Below are positions 7,554 through 17,449 of a stretch of 34,277 nt of DNA, one piece after another. A program made the translations under genes and the position numbers. Under the pieces are notes generated by a model. That model searched no databases and was not told where the DNA came from. It worked only from the letters and a program-made list of their open reading frames with translations. The stretch is from assembly GCA_964452125.1 (NCBI GenBank), contig CAYVLO010000001.1:1-34277 (forward strand). The letters are read 5' to 3'. The DNA is from an uncultured Anaerolineaceae bacterium (GTDB lineage Bacteria > Chloroflexota > Anaerolineae > JAAYZQ01). Each line of letters begins with the position of its first letter. Positions within the stretch are counted from its first letter, which is position 1.

Positions 7554-8521
7554 GGGCGATGCCCCCGCAACCCGGAACGGAGCACCTGGCGATAGGCGCG
7601 CACCCGTTCAGCCCGCAGGGGGCGTTTGTGGCCCACCAGCCATTTGAACCCCTCGCGGGTGAGTTGGTACCCATAGGTGGCCAGCAAAAAGGCGCGCAAG
7701 GCCTCGGCCTGTAGCGCGCCGTGGTGCTTGCGAAAATAGCGCACCTTGCTGCTCTGAAAATGGATGTGCCGGGCGGGCACCACCTGCTCGCTGCTTTTGC
7801 CCTCGTGGTGGATCACCCTCGCTGTGGGCAGGTAGACCACCTTCCATCCCGCGTCTTGGATCCGTTTGCACCAATCCATCTCTTCCGAATACATGAAAAA
7901 GCCCTCGTCCAACCCACCCACCTGGTCATAGACCTCGCGGCGTACCAGCAGACAGGCGCCCGCCACCCAATCGACGGGTTGTATGGCCTCGTCGGGCGTG
8001 TCGGCCATGTAGTAGCGGCGCAAAAGAGGATTGTCGCGCCACCATTCCTGGACGACGGTACTTTCGACCAGGGCCGTGGCCAAGGTGGGGAATCGGCGGC
8101 GAGAGGGTTGCAGGCTGCCGTCGGGGTAGCAGAGCCGGGGGCCCAGGGCGCCCACCTCGGGATGGGCGTCCATATAGGCCATCATGGTCGACAGGGCAGC
8201 GCCCACGATCTCGGTATCGGGGTTGAGGAGCAATAAAAAGCGTCCTGTGCTCTCCACCAGACCCTGGTTGTTGCCGGCCGTAAAACCCCGGTTATCCGGG
8301 TTGGCGATGAGGCGCACCTGAGGGAACTCGGCCCGCACCATCTCGGGACTGCCGTCGGTGCTGGCATTATCGACGACGATGATCTCGATGGAGGGTTCAC
8401 TATCGGACATGGGAGCGAGGTCATCGTCCGCAGGCTGGGAAGCGCCGAGCACCGAGGCCAGGCAACGGCGCAGCAGGTCGCAGACGTTCCAGCTTACGAT
8501 GACAACGCTCAGATCAACCAC
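7550..8521 (-). CDS. GT-A glycosyltransferase, family 2 (rhamnosyltransferase-like)
   Basis: Motifs are SVVIVSWN, VVDNASTDGS and LLLNPDTE. The start is GTG. Its TGA overlaps the ATG of the next gene as ATGA (7550-7553). Confidence 0.8.
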   Translation of the reverse strand: MVDLSVVIVSWNVCDLLRRCLASVLGASQPADDDLAPMSDSEPSIEIIVVDNASTDGSPEMVRAEFPQVRLIANPDNRGFTAGNNQGLVESTGRFLLLLNPDTEIVGAALSTMMAYMDAHPEVGALGPRLCYPDGSLQPSRRRFPTLATALVESTVVQEWWRDNPLLRRYYMADTPDEAIQPVDWVAGACLLVRREVYDQVGGLDEGFFMYSEEMDWCKRIQDAGWKVVYLPTARVIHHEGKSSEQVVPARHIHFQSSKVRYFRKHHGALQAEALRAFLLATYGYQLTREGFKWLVGHKRPLRAERVRAYRQVLRSGLRGHRP

Positions 8522-8540
8522 GTCTCTCCCGTTCTCGGGG

Positions 8541-9551
8541 TTATTCTTGTCGGTCGATGGTATACTCGGCCAGTTCGTGCAACGCCGTTCGCGATTTGCC
8601 CTCCGGCAGAACCTGGAGCGCCGCCTGGCCCTGGTGGATCAGGTCGCGCGCCCGATCCAACGCTTGGGTCACCGCCCCAGATTCGCGGATGGCAGCGACC
8701 ACGCTGCCGACCAACTCTTCATCACGGCTACCGTGCAACACCCGCGCGATCCGGTCGTCTTGGGGATGGTCCCGCAGATAGTACATCGCCGGCAGCGTCA
8801 CAATGCCCTCGCGCAGGTCGCTGCCCACGGGCTTGCCCAGGGTCTTCTCGTTGCCCTCAAAGTCCAGCACGTCGTCGACGATCTGGAACCCGGTACCCAA
8901 AAGCTGTCCATAGTCGCGCAGCGCGATGATTTCGACCTCGGGGGCGTTGCTGAGCACGGCAGCCGCTTCGGTGGAGGCGGCAAAGAGGGAGGCCGTCTTG
9001 GCGTGGATGCGCTGGTCATAACGATCCAGGGCAGTCTGCCAGGCCTGCTCGCTGTCGAGGCAGGGCAGTTCCCCGCGGTCAAAGATCTGGCGCAGCTCAC
9101 CGCTACAGATGGTCATCAGGGCGTTGGCAAAGATGCCCATGACGCGCACATGGTTGGTCGAGGCCGCCAGGCTTGCTGCCCGGGCAAAGAGATAATCGCC
9201 GGTGAGGACCGTGGCTCCGGCGCTCCAGCGGGCGTTCAACGTGGTCTTGCCCCGCCGCAACAGAGCGCCATCGATCAAGTCGTCGTGGACGAGAGTAGCG
9301 GTGTGCAGCATCTCGACCGAGGCGGCCAGCGACACCAGCTTTTCCATATCGGTGGGATAGAACTGACCCGCCAGCAAGGCCAGGGCCGGACGCAGTCGTT
9401 TGCCGCCGCTCTCGAGCAGATAATCCAGCACGAGCGTGAGCTGCGGATAGTCGGGATGCATCGGCTCGCGCATCTTGCGCTCGACCCGCTCCAGATCGGC
9501 TGTCAGGTGTGCCAGTAACGGAATGGTCTTCAAACTACTTCCTCTCTGCAT
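8541..9551 (-). CDS. Trans-polyprenyl diphosphate synthase (hepta/octaprenyl type)
   Basis: The first Asp-rich motif is LVHDDLID, the second is GFQIVDDVLDF, and GGKRLRP is present. The start could be ATG 9551 or GTG 9554. Confidence 0.85.
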   Translation of the reverse strand: MQRGSSLKTIPLLAHLTADLERVERKMREPMHPDYPQLTLVLDYLLESGGKRLRPALALLAGQFYPTDMEKLVSLAASVEMLHTATLVHDDLIDGALLRRGKTTLNARWSAGATVLTGDYLFARAASLAASTNHVRVMGIFANALMTICSGELRQIFDRGELPCLDSEQAWQTALDRYDQRIHAKTASLFAASTEAAAVLSNAPEVEIIALRDYGQLLGTGFQIVDDVLDFEGNEKTLGKPVGSDLREGIVTLPAMYYLRDHPQDDRIARVLHGSRDEELVGSVVAAIRESGAVTQALDRARDLIHQGQAALQVLPEGKSRTALHELAEYTIDRQE

Positions 9552-9610
9552 CACTTTTCAGTGGACGGAATGCCCAATTTGCGTCTGCGCCAGCTTGCCA
9601 GCGCTGCCCC

Positions 9611-10405
9611 TTACCCATCGAGCCCGAACAGTCGCCGGGCGTTGGCAGTGGTCGCCTGGGCCACTTTTGCCAACTCGATCCCCCTCAGCGCCGCGATCTG
9701 TTCGGCCACCAGCCGGACGTAGGCCGGTTCGTTGCGCTTGCCCCGATGGGGATGGGGCGCCAGCCACGGGCAGTCGGTTTCGACCATCAGGCGCTCCAAC
9801 GGAACCGATCGCACTACCTCAGGCAGGTCGCGCGCGTTCTGGTAGGTCACCGGTCCCGAAATGGACAGATAAAATCCCAGCTCGATGGCCCGTTCGGCCA
9901 TGGGCAGGTCGCCGGAAAAGGTGTGCAAGACCCCCAACCGGCCTGCCAGCGGAGAACGGGCCTGGCCTGCTGCCCAATCGGTCAGAATCTCCAGGACTTT
10001 TTGGTGGGCATCCCGGTCGTGGATGACCACCGGTTTACTCATCTTGGCGGCCCAGGCCAATTGGGCCTGAAAGGCTCGCCTTTGCACGTCGCGCGGCGAC
10101 AGGTCGCGGTAGAAATCCAGACCGATCTCGCCCACTGCCACCACCTTGGGTTGTTGCGCCAATTCCCGCAATTCGGCCAGGGCCGCCCCATTCAGGTCTA
10201 CGGCGTTGTGGGGATGGATGCCCACCGCCGCGTACAGAAAGGGATATTCCTGAGCCAGCGCCAAGGCCCGGCGGCTCGCCTCCAGGCTGCCACCGATGGT
10301 AATCATCTGGGTCACGCCCGCCTCTTGGGCGCGAGAGATGACCGCCGCGCGGTCCTTATCGTACCTGGATGAATCCAGGTGGGCGTGTGTGTCGACCAGG
10401 TTCAC
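9611..10405 (-). CDS. TatD-family metal-dependent hydrolase
   Basis: Motifs are [13 protein letters not shown] and ETDCPWL. I chose GTG 10405 because it overlaps the upstream TGA as GTGA (10402-10405). The ORF-track start at 10477 would overlap the upstream gene by 76 nt. Confidence 0.8.
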   Translation of the reverse strand: MNLVDTHAHLDSSRYDKDRAAVISRAQEAGVTQMITIGGSLEASRRALALAQEYPFLYAAVGIHPHNAVDLNGAALAELRELAQQPKVVAVGEIGLDFYRDLSPRDVQRRAFQAQLAWAAKMSKPVVIHDRDAHQKVLEILTDWAAGQARSPLAGRLGVLHTFSGDLPMAERAIELGFYLSISGPVTYQNARDLPEVVRSVPLERLMVETDCPWLAPHPHRGKRNEPAYVRLVAEQIAALRGIELAKVAQATTANARRLFGLDG

Positions 10406-11823
10406 TCTTTCAAGCCCGCAATCCGGAGCCCATCCTCCAAAATTTGCTGCACCCGGTCGCCATGGGTCGTCTCGCAATACACCCGGATGACCGGCTCGGT
10501 ACCCGAGAATCGAATGAGCAACCAGCCCCCATCCGACAGGCTGAACTTGAAGCCGTCGGTGGTGTCCAGACCGGTCACCTCCAGCCCGCCGATGGTCGCC
10601 GGCTTGGCGTCCAGCACCCGCTGCCGGGTGGCGTCGCGCAGTTCGGGCGGAAAGCGGGTATCGATGCGGTCATAGTAGTGGGGGCCCACCTGGCTAAAAA
10701 GATGCTCGATGAGCTCCGAGGGCTTTTTGTCCATGCGGACCATCAGGTCCAACATGTAGAGACCGGCCAGGATGCCATCCCGCTCGGGCACGTGATGGCG
10801 AAAGGCATAGCCGCCGCTCTCTTCGCCGCCAATGAGGGCGTCCACTTCCAACATCTTGGGCGCCACGTATTTGAATCCGACGCCCGTCTGATAGACGGGC
10901 ACGTCGTAGAGCTTGCCCAGTTTTTCCAGCATCGAAGTGGTCGACAGGGTCTTGACAATGGGGCCCCGCTCGCCGCGCACCTCCAAGAGGTACATGGCCA
11001 ACAGGGCATAGACCTGGAGCTGGTTGACAAAATTTCCCTCTTCGTCGCCCACGCCTACCCGGTCGGCATCGCCGTCGTTGATCAGGGCTATGTCGGCCCC
11101 GACTTCTTTGACTTGGGCCAGCGCCACGTCCACGTTGGGTGGGATGGGTTCGGGGCGGAGCATCTCGGGGAAGATCGGATTTCGCTCGGCATGGATCTCG
11201 ACAATGCGAGTCTTGCCGCCCCCCAAGATCCGCGGGAACCAACCCGCGCCATTGCCCCACATGACATCCACCAAAACGGTCAGCCCGGCGTCCTTGATAG
11301 GCTGGACGTCGATCATCCGGGCGATCTGTTCCAGATAGGCAGGGGCGGCGTCGAAATAGACGATCTTGCCCTCGCTCAGGGCTTTGTCCAGGGGCATACG
11401 TTTGACCCCCGAGATATCGGGGATCAGGCGCTCGATTTCACTCAGGCCCTCGGGGGCGATGGCGCCGCCCTGTTCGTTTCGCACCTTGAACCCATTATCC
11501 GTGTAGGGATTGTGGCTGGCGGTGACGTTCACGGCGCCGGCGGCCTTTTGGGCCAACACGGCGTAGGAAATAACCGGCGTCGGCGTGGCGCCGTCGGTCA
11601 GCAGGACGCGAAAGCCGTTGGCCGCCAGCACTTCGCTCACGGCTGCGGCAAAGTGCTCGCCGATGAATCGCTGGTCGTGGCCCACCACCAGGGTCTCGCC
11701 CGCCTTGCCTTTTCCCAGCATATAGGAGGCAAAGCCCTGGGCGCAGCGCCGGACGTTATCAAAAGTATAATCTTCTGCAACTCGGGCTCGCCAGCCATCT
11801 GTGCCAAATCGAATATCGGTCAT
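10402..11823 (-). CDS. Phosphomannomutase/phosphoglucomutase
   Basis: Motifs are the active-site loop TASHNP, the metal loop DGDADR and the sugar loop GGEESGG. AAGGAG lies upstream of ATG 11823. Confidence 0.85.
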   Translation of the reverse strand: MTDIRFGTDGWRARVAEDYTFDNVRRCAQGFASYMLGKGKAGETLVVGHDQRFIGEHFAAAVSEVLAANGFRVLLTDGATPTPVISYAVLAQKAAGAVNVTASHNPYTDNGFKVRNEQGGAIAPEGLSEIERLIPDISGVKRMPLDKALSEGKIVYFDAAPAYLEQIARMIDVQPIKDAGLTVLVDVMWGNGAGWFPRILGGGKTRIVEIHAERNPIFPEMLRPEPIPPNVDVALAQVKEVGADIALINDGDADRVGVGDEEGNFVNQLQVYALLAMYLLEVRGERGPIVKTLSTTSMLEKLGKLYDVPVYQTGVGFKYVAPKMLEVDALIGGEESGGYAFRHHVPERDGILAGLYMLDLMVRMDKKPSELIEHLFSQVGPHYYDRIDTRFPPELRDATRQRVLDAKPATIGGLEVTGLDTTDGFKFSLSDGGWLLIRFSGTEPVIRVYCETTHGDRVQQILEDGLRIAGLKE

Positions 11824-11835
11824 GGATTGTCTCCT

Positions 11836-12810
11836 TTACAAGTGGTAAATCTGTGTTAGATGGGCAAGATCCGAGTCCACCATCATTTCAATCAAGGCTT
11901 TGAAGGATACTTCCGGCTCCCAACCCAATTCTCGCCGGGCCTTGGAAGGATCGCTCACCAAGAGATCCACTTCGGCAGGGCGGATGAATTTCGGGTCGAC
12001 CACGACATACTTTTCCCAATCGAGGTCCAGGCGATCAAAGGCCACCTGGCACAGCTCTCGCACCGAGTGGGTCTCCCCTGTGCCCACGACATAGTCGTCG
12101 GGCTCGTCCTGCTGCAACATCAGCCACATGGCTTTGACATAATCGCCAGCATACCCCCAATCGCGGCGCGATTCCAGGTTGCCCAGATGCAGTTCGTGGG
12201 CCAACCCCAGCTTGATCTGGGCCGCGCCATAGGTGACCTTGCGTGTGACGAACTCGAGTCCGCGCCGCGGGCTCTCGTGATTAAAGAGAATCCCCGAACA
12301 GGCAAATAGATTGTAACTCTCCCGATAATTCACGGTGATCCAATGGCCATAGACCTTGGCCACCCCGTAGGGGCTGCGCGGGTAAAAGGGAGTCTGTTCG
12401 GTCTGCGGCACCTGCTGAACCTTGCCAAACATCTCGCTGCTGGAGGCTTGATAAAAGCGAGCCTGGGGCACCGTAGTGCGCATGGCTTCCAGCACGCGGG
12501 TGACGCCAATGGCCGTGAATTCGCCGGTCAGTACAGGTTGCTTCCATGATACGGGCACAAAGCTCTGGGCCGCCAGGTTATAGATCTCATCGGGTCGATA
12601 TTCGGCCATGATGTCGATCAGCGACGTCTGGTCCAGAAGGTCGCCATGGACCATCGTCACGTGATTCTGAATGTGCTCGATGCGGCCAAAGTTGACGGTG
12701 CTGGACCGCCGGACCATGCCGACCACGTTGTAGCCCTGTTCGAGCAGGAACTCGGCCAGGTAGGAACCATCTTGCCCGGTCAGCCCGGTGATAAGTGCTG
12801 TTTTCGCCAT
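11836..12810 (-). CDS. gmd: GDP-mannose 4,6-dehydratase
   Basis: It aligns by eye over its whole length with E. coli Gmd as I recall it: [69 protein letters not shown]. Confidence 0.9.
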   Translation of the reverse strand: MAKTALITGLTGQDGSYLAEFLLEQGYNVVGMVRRSSTVNFGRIEHIQNHVTMVHGDLLDQTSLIDIMAEYRPDEIYNLAAQSFVPVSWKQPVLTGEFTAIGVTRVLEAMRTTVPQARFYQASSSEMFGKVQQVPQTEQTPFYPRSPYGVAKVYGHWITVNYRESYNLFACSGILFNHESPRRGLEFVTRKVTYGAAQIKLGLAHELHLGNLESRRDWGYAGDYVKAMWLMLQQDEPDDYVVGTGETHSVRELCQVAFDRLDLDWEKYVVVDPKFIRPAEVDLLVSDPSKARRELGWEPEVSFKALIEMMVDSDLAHLTQIYHL

Positions 12811-12848
12811 TCCTAATATCCTTGCTCGAGATCACCCATGCCAAACCG

Positions 12849-13805
12849 TCAGAGGTTTTGGGTCGTTTCTCGACGCCAATATTCCAGAATATCCTGGATG
12901 CTTTGCTCAAAGGGGATGGTGGGCTGCCATCCTGTGCGTTCGCGCAGGCGGGAGGCGTCGCAGACGATCTCGGGAATGTCTGCGGGTCGCATGCGCTCGA
13001 GATCCTGACGGACCTCTATCGGCACGCGGCTCAAGGCCAACATCCCATTCAGGACTTCCTGGATGCTGTGGGATTCTCCCGAGCCCACATTATACACCTG
13101 CCCCGGTTCTCCTTCTGTGATGAGCAGCACATAAGCCCGGACGACATCTCGAACGTCGCAGAAATCACGGCGAGCGTCCAGATTGCCCACTTTCATAACC
13201 GGCGGGCGCTGGCCCTGTTCTGCGGCAGCGATCTGGCTGGCAAAGTCGGGCGCCACAAACCCGGGACGCTGTCGGGGGCCGATGTGGTTAAAGGGTCGAA
13301 CGCGGATCACGTGTAGCTTGTGGGTCAAAAAGTACTGCAAGCCCATCAGGTCTTGGGCCACCTTGCTGAGGGCATAGGCATTCAATGGTCGCAAGGGGCA
13401 ATCTTCGTGGACCGGCAACTCGTCGGTGCGAACCAGCCCATACTCTTCGCCCGAGCCCACCACCAGCACGCGGCAGTCGGGGTTCACCTGGCGGACACCC
13501 TCCAACACGTTGAGCTGCATGCGGATGTTGGTTTCAAGGGTCGGCCACGGGTCGCGCAGAGAAGCCGAGACCAAAGGCTGGGCGGCCAGATGAAAAATGA
13601 CATCGGGCTGCGCCTGTTCCAGGACAAAGGTCATCACATCCAGCCGGGACAGCTCGGCCGGGTAGAGTTCCAATTTCCCGCACAGGTCGATGATGTTCTT
13701 GTAGGGCCCAAAAACAGTGCCTGCCACCTGCCAACCGAGGGCTTGCAGGTGCTCGGCCAGGTAACTACCGACAAAGCCAGAAATGCCGGTGATGAGTGCT
13801 TTCAA
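12849..13805 (-). CDS. rmd: GDP-4-dehydro-6-deoxy-D-mannose reductase (Rmd-type SDR)
   Basis: It resembles Pseudomonas Rmd as I recall it: ITGISGFVGSYL, YALSKV (YxxxK), RPFNHIGP, RDFCDVRDVVRAY, GQVYNVGSG. It lies directly upstream of gmd. I chose TTG 13805 (MKALITG), with GGGGG upstream and a promoter placed further up. The ORF-track start at 13844 is less likely. Confidence 0.75.
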   Translation of the reverse strand: MKALITGISGFVGSYLAEHLQALGWQVAGTVFGPYKNIIDLCGKLELYPAELSRLDVMTFVLEQAQPDVIFHLAAQPLVSASLRDPWPTLETNIRMQLNVLEGVRQVNPDCRVLVVGSGEEYGLVRTDELPVHEDCPLRPLNAYALSKVAQDLMGLQYFLTHKLHVIRVRPFNHIGPRQRPGFVAPDFASQIAAAEQGQRPPVMKVGNLDARRDFCDVRDVVRAYVLLITEGEPGQVYNVGSGESHSIQEVLNGMLALSRVPIEVRQDLERMRPADIPEIVCDASRLRERTGWQPTIPFEQSIQDILEYWRRETTQNL

Positions 13806-13854
13806 GGCAACCCCCAACGTCCAGGAGCCAATTGCTCCCGGCAACTCGCAGGCT

Positions 13855-13883
13855 ATTATACCTTACTTTGTGCCTCATCGCAA
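13855..13883 (-). promoter_or_regulatory. Sigma-70-like promoter heading the rmd-gmd glycan operon
   Basis: The minus strand reads TTGCGA, then 17 nt, then TATAAT. The implied transcription start is near 13848, which leaves about a 40-nt leader before TTG 13805. Confidence 0.5.
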
Positions 13884-13904
13884 AGGTAAAGGACGAGTGG
13901 ACCA

Positions 13905-15470
13905 ATGACGTTGCGAACCTGGCCATTTGATGTTATAATAGGCGCGTGTCAAGGAGCATTAAAGATCGTGTCGGGCGACAGATTGTCACTGGAACACGTC
14001 CAAAAAGGATTTAATCCCGTGGAAAAGGCCCAGATTTGGCTTGAAGCGAGTCGGATAGCCGCACATCAGGGAGATCTGGCCGAGGCTCGTCGTCTGTTGC
14101 AGGCCGCGGTGGAAGCCGATCCCACCTGCGCCGAAGCCTGGTTTCGGTTGGGTCAAATGGAGGAAGAACCGCAGGAGCGGGCCCGATTTTTCCGGCAGGT
14201 CCCAGCTTTGGAGCCGGAAAACCCCCAGGCCCAGGCCGAGCTGTCCCTCCTGGAATCGTCGCATGCGCCTGATGACTCGGACCATGCGCCGACCCTGCGC
14301 TCGATCTTGGCGGTCCTCACGCTGGTTGCCAGCCTGGCCCTCCTGGCTATTTTGCTCTGGGGGCCGGTGGACGAGAGCCTGGCCTGGTTGATGCCCCTGC
14401 CCACTCCAACGGTCACTCCCGCGCCCACTCGAACGCCAGGCGAGATCGCTGCCCAATTCGAACCACAGTTGGAAGCAGCCATTGCCGAGGGAAGGTGGGA
14501 GCGCGCCGTGGATCTGGTGGCCACCATGCAGGGCGTGGATCCCACAGGGGCCGATACTCAGCGATGGGCGCATGACACATACCTGCAATATGGACAAGCG
14601 TTGGTCGGCGCTGGCGCCCACACCCAGGCCTTGGAGCAGTTTACTACTGCGCTCTCCCTGGATCCCGAGAGCGAGGAAACCGGCGTCTGGCAAGAGGCTG
14701 CCCAGCTCTTCCTTGCAGGTCAGGATGCCGTCCAGGCCAGCGAGTGGGATCAGGCTATTGAAGCCTTTGAAAAAGTGCAGGAGTTGGTGCCCGATTATGG
14801 CGATGTGGTCAACCGCACCCTGTACGCCTATCGTTTCAAGGGAGAAGCAGCGTTGCAGGCCGGGGACAATAGGACGGCCATCGAGGCGCTGTCGGTCGTT
14901 CGAGAGGCCCGGCCCCAAGATCAGTATACCATGACCCTCCTGGCTCAGGCCTATTTCCGGCGAGGGGTCCACCGTCACGAAAAGTTTGAACTCAAGGATG
15001 CCCGGGCCGATCTGGAAGCGGCGTTGGCTTTGCAGCCGGATAACCCCGAGATCCAGGCGAGGCTCGACCAGGTTATGGAGGACCTCTTTCCGCCCAAGCG
15101 CATCGAGATCAACATTACAACCCAGCGATTCTATGCCTACGAGGGAGATCGCCTGGTGTACAACTGGCCCACGTCCACCGGCCTGCGAGGCAGAGATACA
15201 GCCGCCGGCCATTTCAAGGTCCAGTCCAAGATCGAGATGGCCTGGTCCAGCATTTGGCAACTCAAAATGCCCTACTGGTTGGGCATCTATAATGTCGGTA
15301 CGGTGGAGAATGGCATTCATGCGCTGCCCATTCGCACCGATGGAAGTGTGATGTGGGGGGGCTTGCTGGGGCAGCGCGCATCGTATGGCTGCGTGATTTT
15401 GAGCACCCAGGCGGCCAAAACCCTCTACAATTGGGCCGAAATCGGAACGCCGGTGTGGATTCATTACTAG
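13905..15470 (+). CDS. TPR-repeat membrane protein with a C-terminal L,D-transpeptidase (YkuD) domain
   Basis: The TM helix is ILAVLTLVASLALLAILLW. TPR-like helices occur on both sides of it. The C-terminal YkuD block is ITTQRFYAYEGDRLVYNWPTSTG...ENGIHALP...SYGCVILS. Confidence 0.75.
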   Translation: MTLRTWPFDVIIGACQGALKIVSGDRLSLEHVQKGFNPVEKAQIWLEASRIAAHQGDLAEARRLLQAAVEADPTCAEAWFRLGQMEEEPQERARFFRQVPALEPENPQAQAELSLLESSHAPDDSDHAPTLRSILAVLTLVASLALLAILLWGPVDESLAWLMPLPTPTVTPAPTRTPGEIAAQFEPQLEAAIAEGRWERAVDLVATMQGVDPTGADTQRWAHDTYLQYGQALVGAGAHTQALEQFTTALSLDPESEETGVWQEAAQLFLAGQDAVQASEWDQAIEAFEKVQELVPDYGDVVNRTLYAYRFKGEAALQAGDNRTAIEALSVVREARPQDQYTMTLLAQAYFRRGVHRHEKFELKDARADLEAALALQPDNPEIQARLDQVMEDLFPPKRIEINITTQRFYAYEGDRLVYNWPTSTGLRGRDTAAGHFKVQSKIEMAWSSIWQLKMPYWLGIYNVGTVENGIHALPIRTDGSVMWGGLLGQRASYGCVILSTQAAKTLYNWAEIGTPVWIHY

Positions 15471-15482
15471 CGGGGGGCGACC

Positions 15483-16139
15483 GTGGTACGACAGATCTTT
15501 TACGAACAGATTCAAGAGCTGTTGGAGAACTTGTTGGCGATGGGGCACGTGGTGGCCCACTCGATTGACCGCGCCATCCAGGCTTTGGTCAATCAAGATG
15601 AGGCGCTGGCCCACGAGGTGATCGCCTTTGACGACCAGATCAACGCCGCCCAGTACGACATCGATGAGCAGTGCCTTGTCCTGATCGCCACTCAGCAGCC
15701 CATGGCCAGCGATCTGCGCATTTTGTTAGCGGCGTCCAACATCGCGTCCGAACTGGAGCGGATCGGCGACTATACCGAGGGCATTGCCAAGCTGGCGATC
15801 AAACTGGCCGATCGCCCCATGCTCAAGCCCTTGATCGACATCCCCCGCATGGCCGAACTGGGGCGCGAAATGTTGATCCGGGCCCTGCAGGGGTTTATCT
15901 CTCAGGACTCGCAGATTGCCCAACAGATTGGGGATGAGGACGATCTGGTCGACGCGCTGTACGACCAGGTGTATCGCGAACTGCTGGTATACATGATGGA
16001 GGATCCTCGCACCATCACTCAGGCCACCTATCTGCTCTGGGTGGCCCACAACCTGGAGCGCATCGCCGATCGGACGACCAATATCGCCGAACGGATTGTG
16101 TTTACCAGCAGCGGCAAGGTCGTGGATTTGAACCGCTAG
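15483..16139 (+). CDS. phoU: Phosphate signalling complex protein PhoU
   Basis: It has two PhoU repeats (DDQINAAQYDIDEQCL...ELERIGDY and DDLVDALYDQVYRELL...NLERIADR). The start is GTG, preceded by GGGGGG. Confidence 0.85.
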   Translation: MVRQIFYEQIQELLENLLAMGHVVAHSIDRAIQALVNQDEALAHEVIAFDDQINAAQYDIDEQCLVLIATQQPMASDLRILLAASNIASELERIGDYTEGIAKLAIKLADRPMLKPLIDIPRMAELGREMLIRALQGFISQDSQIAQQIGDEDDLVDALYDQVYRELLVYMMEDPRTITQATYLLWVAHNLERIADRTTNIAERIVFTSSGKVVDLNR

Positions 16140-16153
16140 GGACCCAACAGACA

Positions 16154-16181
16154 AGCCGCAGAAAGCGTGCGGCTACTTTTT
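16154..16181 (+). terminator. Intrinsic terminator after phoU
   Basis: The hairpin is AGCCGCA (16154-16160) / TGCGGCT (16168-16174), followed by ACTTTTT. Confidence 0.55.
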
Positions 16182-16198
16182 AGACGGAGGCTTGACCT

Positions 16199-17395
16199 AT
16201 GACCATGGATCTGGGCCAGTTGACTCAGATGACCACCTGGCTCGACGAAGAACACCGTCGGGACAAAGCAGAACTGATCCGCTTGCAACAGCAGATCGAG
16301 AGGCAAGAGACCGAGCTGCAAGACCAGAGTCACGTGATCCGCAGCCTGGAAGAGCGGGTGACTGGCCTTCGCAACCAGCTCCTCAAGTATGCCCAACTGG
16401 AAACGTCTCTGGATCAGTTGAAAGAAGAAGTGGTGCAAATGTTCGCCAAGGCCGACGAGCGCCGCCAGCAGGAGAGCCGCGAGGCGGCGCGGGTGCGGGC
16501 CGTGGAGAACGACAACGTTTCGCGCAGCCTGAACGAGATTCGTCGCGAGTTAGAGATCTTGCCGCGTCAGTCTGAGGAACTGGCCCTGCGCAAGGCGGAG
16601 CAAAAGCGGGTGAGCGACATCTTGTTGGTCGTCCAGCAGGACGTCACCGCTCTGTCGCAGGGGGTGGAGAACCGCCTTCGCGGGTTGGCCTTTCTGGAGG
16701 ATGGCCGCCAACAGGACGCCAAGCGGATCGCCCAGCTTCAGCAAGAGACCCTGGAGGCGCTCAAACGGCTCGAGCAGCAGGGGTCACGCATCCAAAGGCT
16801 GGAGGACATCTCGCAACGCCAGGAACGGGACACCGGCGAGCTGAAGCAGTTGATCTCGCAATTGCGAACGTCGCAACGCGAGTTTGTCGAAGCGCAACTC
16901 CTGGAGGCCGAGTCGGTCAAACGCAGCCTGTCCGAGTGGATCGAAGTGATGGAAGCCCACGTTAAAAAAGTCGATCAGTTCACGCTGCAAATCCAAGAGT
17001 TCGCCGAGACATTCCGGGAGGATCGCCAGGTGGTGGAAAGCATTGAGCGCTTTCAGGAGGCGATCAAGCGCGAGCAAACCCAGGTGTCCGAGCTTCAGCG
17101 CCTGGCGGAGGAACGCCAGAAGCGCCAAATGGAGCAATGGAGCGAGGACAACGAAAAGCGGTGGAAAAAGGAGCTTTTGCACTGGGAGCATCAGTGGAGC
17201 GAGCAGGAAAAGCGCAACCAGAGCGTGTTGAATCGATTCGCAACCATTGAGGAGCGCCAGGTCGAAACGCGTACCTGGGTCGACGCCGCCTGGAAGTTTG
17301 TGGAAGCGATGGTGACCTACGAGAGCCAGGAAGCGCGTCGCTGGATGGGCGAAATGACCCGCCTGCTGGAAGAAAAGCCCAAAAAAGAGAAATAG
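16199..17395 (+). CDS. Hypothetical all-helical coiled-coil protein (E/R/Q-rich, no TM)
   Basis: GGAGG lies 8 nt upstream of the ATG. The 398-aa product has a heptad-like charged composition throughout. I recognise no enzymatic motif. Confidence 0.6.
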   Translation: MTMDLGQLTQMTTWLDEEHRRDKAELIRLQQQIERQETELQDQSHVIRSLEERVTGLRNQLLKYAQLETSLDQLKEEVVQMFAKADERRQQESREAARVRAVENDNVSRSLNEIRRELEILPRQSEELALRKAEQKRVSDILLVVQQDVTALSQGVENRLRGLAFLEDGRQQDAKRIAQLQQETLEALKRLEQQGSRIQRLEDISQRQERDTGELKQLISQLRTSQREFVEAQLLEAESVKRSLSEWIEVMEAHVKKVDQFTLQIQEFAETFREDRQVVESIERFQEAIKREQTQVSELQRLAEERQKRQMEQWSEDNEKRWKKELLHWEHQWSEQEKRNQSVLNRFATIEERQVETRTWVDAAWKFVEAMVTYESQEARRWMGEMTRLLEEKPKKEK

Positions 17396-17449
17396 CAGCT
17401 CGGCTCGTTTTGGGGCGGGCTGACGGCCGTTGAGGACAAGGAAGGCATC

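Noticed and set aside
13832-13859. A plus-strand promoter-like TTGCTC-16-TATTAT lies upstream of the TPR/Ldt gene.
   Set aside because: The match is only moderate, and it overlaps the much better minus-strand promoter that shares the same AT-rich hexamer. I cannot tell them apart without transcription-start data.
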